Assembly (NCBI GenBank): GCA_000388065.2
Contig: KB932202.1
Length of the DNA stretch: 64,000 nt
Origin: Fonticula alba ATCC 38817
Lineage: Eukaryota > Protista > Nucleariida
Reading direction: 5' to 3' (one strand)
Positions within the stretch are counted from its first letter, which is position 1. The number at the start of each line of letters is the position of its first letter. Positions 57,403 to 64,000 of the stretch are shown in pieces. The position numbers and the translations under genes were made by a program. Below the pieces are notes generated by a model. The model did not search any database and was not told where the DNA came from. It worked only from the letters and a program-made list of their open reading frames with translations.

Positions 57403-60400
57403 CTAGATGTGGTATTCCAGCTGTTGGCCGTCCCTATGCGCCGCAGTCACCAGGGGGGAGGGGCGGGGGAAATCCGACGTGGAGCAGTCAAGAGGCGGAG
57501 ATGGGTCAGAGATACAGAGAGAAAGGGATTGAGGGAGCGGGGGGCGGGGGGGGGGGAGTGAGAGTAAATGGGTCATGTGCATGCCACCCCCGTGAGTGGG
57601 AAGAGCACGCGAACGGCAGAGAGCCGGGAAAACGGGAAATGGGCCAGGATGAGGGGATGGGAATGCGCACTTGCTCCACGCCGCGTAGCCCAGATCCACG
57701 ATGCTGGCCATGGCGGCTTGGCACTCGGAGAGCAGGTCACAGGGGGCCTGCACAGGGCTGCCACTCTGGTTCGGGTGCGCGAGCTCAAAGGCCGCCAACG
57801 CCTCGGCGGCCGGGATCGAAGGCGAGGCCCGGCAGAAGGACCCCATCGCGGACCAGTATCGGCGGTTGGCACGCAGGGCAAAGGCCAGGGAGCTGGGACA
57901 GCCGGGCCGCCGCTCGAGGCGTCCCTGGAGCTCCTCCGCCCATGCGCCCATGGCCAGGACCAGCGACCGGTCGGCGAAGGGGATGGACGACGACGGGCTC
58001 GCCGGGCCAGCAGCACCCAAGGCCCCCCGGAGGCAGGCCAAACGCAGGAGCTCCCGGCCCCCGGCCGGGGGGGGATCCAGTGCGGCCACCTCCTCCGCGG
58101 AGGCCTCCTCCAGTCCCAAGCAGACTAGGGTCGCGCGCGACCGGGAAAGCTGGCGCTCGGCCTTCAGGCGCCGGCACAAGCGCGACTCCATCCAGAAGCG
58201 CCGGTCACGCGTGGCCTCGGCCCGCGACAAACGGGCGAGATTACATCCGCCCTGCTCGGCCGGGGCCCCGGTCGCCGGCGCCAGCACCCCATCCGACAGC
58301 ACAGGCGCCAGCCAGCCCAAGAGATGGTGATCCACTTCCGAAGGGCCCACAGCGGGGGACAACTCGGGGGGGGGCTCCCTCCGGAGAGCCACGCGCGAGG
58401 GGCCCACCATTGTGGCCAGGCCCCGAGCCAGCAGCGGGCCAAGTCGAAGGCGGAGGTCGGCCTCGGACAGGCGCATCGTGTGGGAGAGTTCCTGCGGAGA
58501 GGGCCGCGCCGGCCGCAAGTCAGTGAGGGCCGATGGAAGGGGCAGCAGGAGAAAGGGGCTCGCACGGTCAACGTGCAGCCGGAAAGGCAACCGCCCCCGC
58601 GCTGCACATCCTCCAGCTCGACAAAGGGCCACTCAGCCAGGGAGAAGAGCACCGCCGCCGAGGCCAATGGGAGGGCGAAGTCCACGGGCGGCTGGCCACC
58701 GGGAGCCACCCGTCGGACCACGACCGACCCCTGGGGAAGAGGGGCCCGGGGTCCCGTCGCCCGGATGGTTAGTAACAGTCGAGACAAGGGCAGGGGGCTT
58801 GGCCAAGCTCGGCCCCTGGTAGCATGTGCTGCTGTGGGGCCGTCATACCAGGCGCGTGAATTGGAGGCGCCGGCCGGCGCGGGCCTGGCCCGTCGGGTCC
58901 GGCTCTCGGTCCCCGCCGCCGGCCCCGGCGAGGTCGTCCAGCCAGCGTGCCGTCTGTCGGAGGAGCTCGCACTGGGCGGCCCAGCCTGCCGAGCCGGCCA
59001 GGCCAAGGAACGGCCCTTCGGCCAGCGGGCTGAAGCTGAGCAGCGGCGAGTCCCGCTTGGACGGAATCAGCAGCACGGATGCCGGGAGCGTCTGGCCGGG
59101 GTCCCGGGCGGCCAGGAACATTCCGGCCCCGCGCCCGAGAAGCTGGCACAGAGCGGCCGGCGCCTCGGAGTGCTGAGGCGTCAGCTGACCCACGAACGGG
59201 GGACAAAGCAATCCGGAAGTTAGCAACATGCGCGAGGACCTGCATGGGGGGGGGGGCGGGGGGGGGGAGGCAAGAGCATCGGGGCCTTTCCTTGCTGTCT
59301 CCCACCAGGAGCCCAGCACGACATACATGCAAGCTGGCCAGGGCCAGTTGCGCGGCATCCGGGAAGCAGCCAGCCCAGCCGGCATGGTCCAAGGCCGTGA
59401 GGGGGGGGGCCGCTTCGGAGGCCGCCTGGCTGCTGCACTCGAGCGAGGGGCCGGAATCCCCGACGCCCGGTGGGAGGACACACCGGCGACAAGCAACCCC
59501 GGCCAGGACCGCACAAAAGAGGGCTCCGGACATCAGGGCGTCCAGCGAAAGCCCCGGGCCAGCTTGTCCCGGGGCCGTGGCCACCGAGCAGGCTCGCAGC
59601 ACGGACACCAGCCAGGCGGACGTGGCTTCCAAATAGACAGCCGTGCCATTGTGCACAGACACCCGGGCCCGCAGCGCGCGCCCGGTCAGTGACTCCCCCG
59701 CGGCTGGCGCCTGTCCAGGGAGAAGCTGCTGCCCGCATGCGCACAAACGCTCGGCCCAAGGGCGCGGCCGGGCACCGGGGATGTCCAGCGACTGGAACAA
59801 GCGCACCAGCCCGGCAGTGAGGGCCTCAAGGCATTCGACGTAGTACGGCTGAAGGGAGGGCATCATGGCCTGGTGCCGGAATGCACGCGTGTGCGTGTGC
59901 GTGCGCGTCATCCATTGTAATCGGGTCAGTGGACTGCGGTAGGACAGCTCCGCTGGTCGAGGGGGCCCGTTCGAAGCACAGCCGGGCCCCCTGTTCCAAG
60001 GCGTACCTCTACCAGCTGGCCACGCGCCCAGTCAGCCACCTGGCGCATTTCCTGGCCGGTGCGTGGCTGTTGAAGGAACTGCTCGAAGTCCGAATAGGAT
60101 ACCGGTGCAAAAAAGGCCCCAATCGGGCCAAGCGACAGCAGGACTACCGCCGCGTGCAGACGCCCGGCACGCTCATTCAGCTGGACTGCACCCAGAGACG
60201 CACACACAGGGCGGGGTGCCAGGTAAGTTTGGAGGACCGCACATGCGCGCGCGAGTGAGACACACACAGAGAGCGAGCGAGCGAGCGAGCGAGCGAGCGA
60301 GAAGGAGAGAGGCCTTCATGAAGAAGGGACCCCGGACCAAAAACCGCCCCAGCCAGTCGGCAAACGCACCCAAACTTTCCAGGTCGGTCGCATGCGCGAA

Positions 60401-62856
60401 GTCCAGCTCCCGGCAGGCGTCCACCAGGCAGCCGGCCAGAAGCTGCACCAGAGGCCGGGCAAGGGGCCGTCGGAAGTGCGGGAAGGCGCCCGCCGGCGAG
60501 CCGGGCTCCTCTTCCCGCGGCGTCAGGACCTGCAAACCCAGGAGCAGGCCCCGACAGCAGATCTCCAGACGCCTGAGGGCCGCCCCGCATTCCGGACTCC
60601 CGGCGATGATCTGACGCAGGCCGCGCATTAGCCTGCCCGTGTCGTACAGCCGCCCGGCCGGGGCGCCGAGATGGGTGGTCTCACGCCGGAGATCCGCGGC
60701 CCAGGTGGACACAGGGGTGGTCGGGGCTTCCAGGACAGCCGCCAGCAGGGCACGGATTTCGCCACGGGCGGCCTGCGACAGATGTCAGGGCGGAGCGGGG
60801 AAAAAAAAAATCAAAAAAGGCAGGCCGCGGGGCTGACATGGAAACAGGCCGGAAGGGGGAAGCGAAAGGGAAAGAGCGGGAAAGGGGAAAAGCTCGGAGG
60901 AGGAGAACGGAACCCCTACCTGAAGAAGACTGGCCACATGGCCGGAGAGGGCATTTTCCAGCAGGGCCTGAGCCGGGTCCGCTCCGACATCGGCCCCGGG
61001 TGACTGAAGTGCCGCGCAAAGACGGGCAACGCGTTCCCGACGCGCGAGGCCGTCCAGCAGCTGCTCCCACAAAGACGGTCAGGGGTCCCGGAAGGGGAGC
61101 ACGGAATTCGCGCAGGGCACTGAGCAAAGCACGCACACTGGTCGGGTCATCCAGCAGGCCAGCCACATCCGGCGGGGCATCTGCCGGGCCTTTGAGCAGC
61201 TCGCGGTTGAGGGCGGCACCGGCGGCAGCCAAGATGACCTGCACCGATGGAAGGGCGATCCCCTGCACTCCGCCGGCCGCTTCGGTGGGGGCACCGGCCT
61301 GGGCCTGACATAGAGCCTGGAAGAGGCCCTCCAAAGGGGGCTCGCCATGCGGGCCGAGCTCGACGAAAAGCGCCACACGCTGGGCAAGGTGCCGGCCTAG
61401 CTGGGTGCCGGTGCTGTCGAGGCAGCGCGGCCACAGGCCCTCATCGCGCAGTGCCAGCCCCAAAAGCAGGCTGGAAGTCCAAGCCCCCGAAAGGAGCGCC
61501 GGCCAGTCTGCACGCCGGGGCAGAGACTGCCATGTGCCAGCAGGCCGTCGGCCAGTCAGTCAGTCAGTCGGTCGGCCGGTCGATGGGGTGGCCGTAGCAA
61601 TTCAAGACAAACACACCGATTCCAGGGCCACCACGAGGATCTCGGCGCCGGGGACACCGGACTCAATCAACTGGAACAGCCCCGGCAGGGGGCGAGGGGC
61701 TATGGGTCAGACACTCGGACGGGCAGGCAATCTCCGCATATGCCGGGTATCGGGCGTACGCGCTCCACAGCGGGCAGGCTGTGCTGGCCGAGCAGCTGAG
61801 CCGAGACGGCCAAAAGGGCCAGCAGGAGCGACGGCACAATGGCCTGTGTGTTGCCGGCCTGCAGCAGATGGGCCAGATAGCTGCGGCCAGCAAGCAGAGG
61901 GCGAGGGCGGGGCATTGCTGCGGGGTAAGGAAGAGCACGCGAAAGCCGGCTGAGAGGGGCGACCGGCGGAGAGGGCGAAGGAAGGGGAGCATACCCGCGA
62001 AGGAACTCGAATGCCGGGCCGCGGAAATGCTCATCCCCCGCCGGGTCGGCGGACACAGCAAACACCGGCAGGCTGGCCAAGATCTCGGCCACATTGGCAT
62101 CGGGCTCCGAACTGGTGGGACCGGCGTCAGCAACAGAGCCAGAGCGGGTGCGACGGTGGCCCGTCTCCTGCGAGCCCCTGGTCGCGGTCTGCACAGGAGC
62201 CGAGTCGGCCAGCCAGACATTTAGCCACAGAAGAAGCGCCAGGTCGCGATCTGGCGCAAAGGGGCCGGCCTGCGCGTGCCAGGCAGCCGGGCAAGGTGAG
62301 TCAAGCACATGCGGCAGGGTGTGGCTGTCAGTGCTGGGCAAAGGGCAAAAGAAATCCCGCCCAGAGTCGTGGCTGCCTTGTGCCGGGGGAAACGCACACC
62401 AAGCCCGGCAACCTGCGCCACCGCTGACGCCACACTCAAGAAGGCCCCATCCAAGTTGGGCCGCGCATGGGGCCGGCCATCGCGCAGCGAGCCGGGTCCC
62501 GGCTCCCGGGAGCTCGCGAGGGGAACAAGATCGCCCGGGCGCAGGAGCAGCGTCCCGGCCACCGGCGACGGGAAAGGGTAGGACAGGCGCCCGGTGGCCT
62601 GATCAAAGACCAGCGGCGCCCCGCCGGCCGCCCGGGATAGCAGCCCGTATAGCGACTTCCCCGGCCGGAGAAGGGTGTCCACACCACGGAGATCGGACAG
62701 CCGGGCTGGACGCCCGGCTTCGGCCGAAGCAGCCGCCGCACCAGCAGCAGCCGTCCCCCAGATATGGCGACCGGCATCCCCGGCGGCCAGGAAGCCCAGC
62801 ACATGTCCGGCGTCGATCGGGCCCGCTGGCTGGGGGTCGGGGTCATGGGGGGGCAT
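57403..62856 (-). CDS. Divergent cullin-family protein (cullin-homology C-terminus plus winged-helix/neddylation-type domain), multi-exon
   Basis: Spliced GRRLQFTRL|GSVVVRR..FALPLASAAVLFSLAEWPFVELED|ELSHTMRLSEADLRLRLGPLLARG, then DRRFWMESRLCRRLKAERQLS..LVCLGLEE and CQAAMASIVDLGYAAWSK|LEYHI*. A perfect TACTAAC branch point at 58774-58768 supports the key splice. N-terminal exons from ATG 62856 are Ala/Leu-rich and I could not assign them. Confidence 0.68.
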
Positions 62857-63604
62857 TCACGGCAGGAGAGCGGCGCGCCAGACAGGGCAAGGATGAAGGA
62901 CTGAGACAACCGGCGTGCGGGTGGAAGAAGGGCGCCGAGAGGAGGCGGGGGGGGGGGGGGGGGAAGAGAGAAAGGGGGGNNNNNNNNNNGGCTGGGGCAT
63001 GCAGGGGCCGCGGGAAGCCGCCTGGAGACCGATGGGTGCAAAAAAGCACCCAGGGTGTCCGGATTGGGGGGACACCGCTCGCGCCCGCGCCCGCGCCCAC
63101 GCCCGCGATGTGGAGGACCTCCTGCGGCTCGGAGCTGAATCCAGGCGTATCCGAGAAAAAAAACCCCACTGAACGCGTGTTCGCACGGAGAGAGACAAAG
63201 GCCGCAATCAAAATCAGGAACATGGACACGATCGACCCCGGACGAGACGAGTCACATGACACGTGGTCGGGACATCCCGCCGGACGTGCCGACCTCGAGG
63301 AAAAAAAAACAACAAAAAACGCCGCAATCAAGGCAATAAAAAAGGCACAATACCCGGCAGGCAGGAAACGCCCAAGGGGCGGGGAGGGTGGGCGGCGAGA
63401 AAAAGCGAGGCATACCGCGAGTGCCACGAGTAAATGTATGTATATTCTGGGCAGGGGGGAGGGGGGGGGGAACAAACCGAAAGTAGGAAGGGGCGGAGAA
63501 AAGAGCCCCCGCAAAAGGGCCGGAGCCAGCTGGCCGGCGGGGAACCCAGCCGTCGTCGTGTGCAGTGCATACACACACACACACACACACACACATCGGC
63601 ACCA

Positions 63605-64000
63605 TTAGGCCTTGCGGAAACCACGACGGAAGGGGGTCGGGCCGAAGATGGCCACAGAGGAGACCTCCAGCGCGGTGGCGATGTCGTTAAGCTCCTTGGC
63701 AATGGGGTCCGAGTGGATCTGAGCCAGGGAGAGGAAGGAGTTGGCACGGACGCCGAGCTTGTTGCGGACAATATGATCCAGCACAATACGGATGTACGTG
63801 ACAAAGCGATCAACCGCCGGGTGGAGCACGAACTCGGCCAGACCATAGTGCGCGTAGAAGGACTGCAGGGAGAGGCGCCGGGTGATGGCAATCAGGTAGT
63901 TGCTGACCGGGTTGGCGTATTCCACATAGGGAATGGACAGGGAGTCCATCAGGCGGCTGTGGTTGGTCTCGTGGAGGATCTGCTCCGGGTGGGTGAAGGC
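63605..64000 (-). CDS. 3' end of an unidentified protein (gene continues past the right edge)
   Basis: The frame is open from 64000 to the TAA at 63607-63605 (AFTHPEQILHETNHSRLMDSL...FGPTPFRRGFRKA*), with strong C/G third-position bias and normal globular composition. Confidence 0.75.
   Translation of the reverse strand, partial: AFTHPEQILHETNHSRLMDSLSIPYVEYANPVSNYLIAITRRLSLQSFYAHYGLAEFVLHPAVDRFVTYIRIVLDHIVRNKLGVRANSFLSLAQIHSDPIAKELNDIATALEVSSVAIFGPTPFRRGFRKA

Overview
GC-rich, intron-containing eukaryotic DNA (GT-AG introns, CTRAC-type branch sites, microsatellite-rich introns, six N gaps). It is most consistent with a holomycotan protist such as Fonticula alba; the species is my inference, not shown by the sequence. 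Thirteen protein-coding genes are supported, in this order: a partial coiled-coil protein (-), WDR70 (-), TFIIH p44/SSL1 (+), a RABL3-like GTPase (-), a thioredoxin-UBX-TM fusion (-), midasin/MDN1 (-, about 6,700 aa), a tandem-START protein with a C-terminal TM (-), VPS29 (+), FAM172A/Arb2 (+), XPC/RAD4 (+), NDUFAF2/mimitin (+), DPM3 (+), and a divergent cullin-family protein (-). A fourteenth, unidentified gene is cut by the right edge. No RNA genes, CRISPR arrays or mobile elements could be supported. The most notable items are: (1) a cullin whose C-terminus resembles the animal CUL7/CUL9 type, (2) an intact WCGPC thioredoxin fused to a degenerate UBX domain and a tail anchor, (3) a duplicated START module protein, and (4) three Illumina-adapter-containing false duplications that split midasin and whose removal exactly restores its reading frame. 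Family assignments come from manual translation and remembered family motifs; no database search was run.
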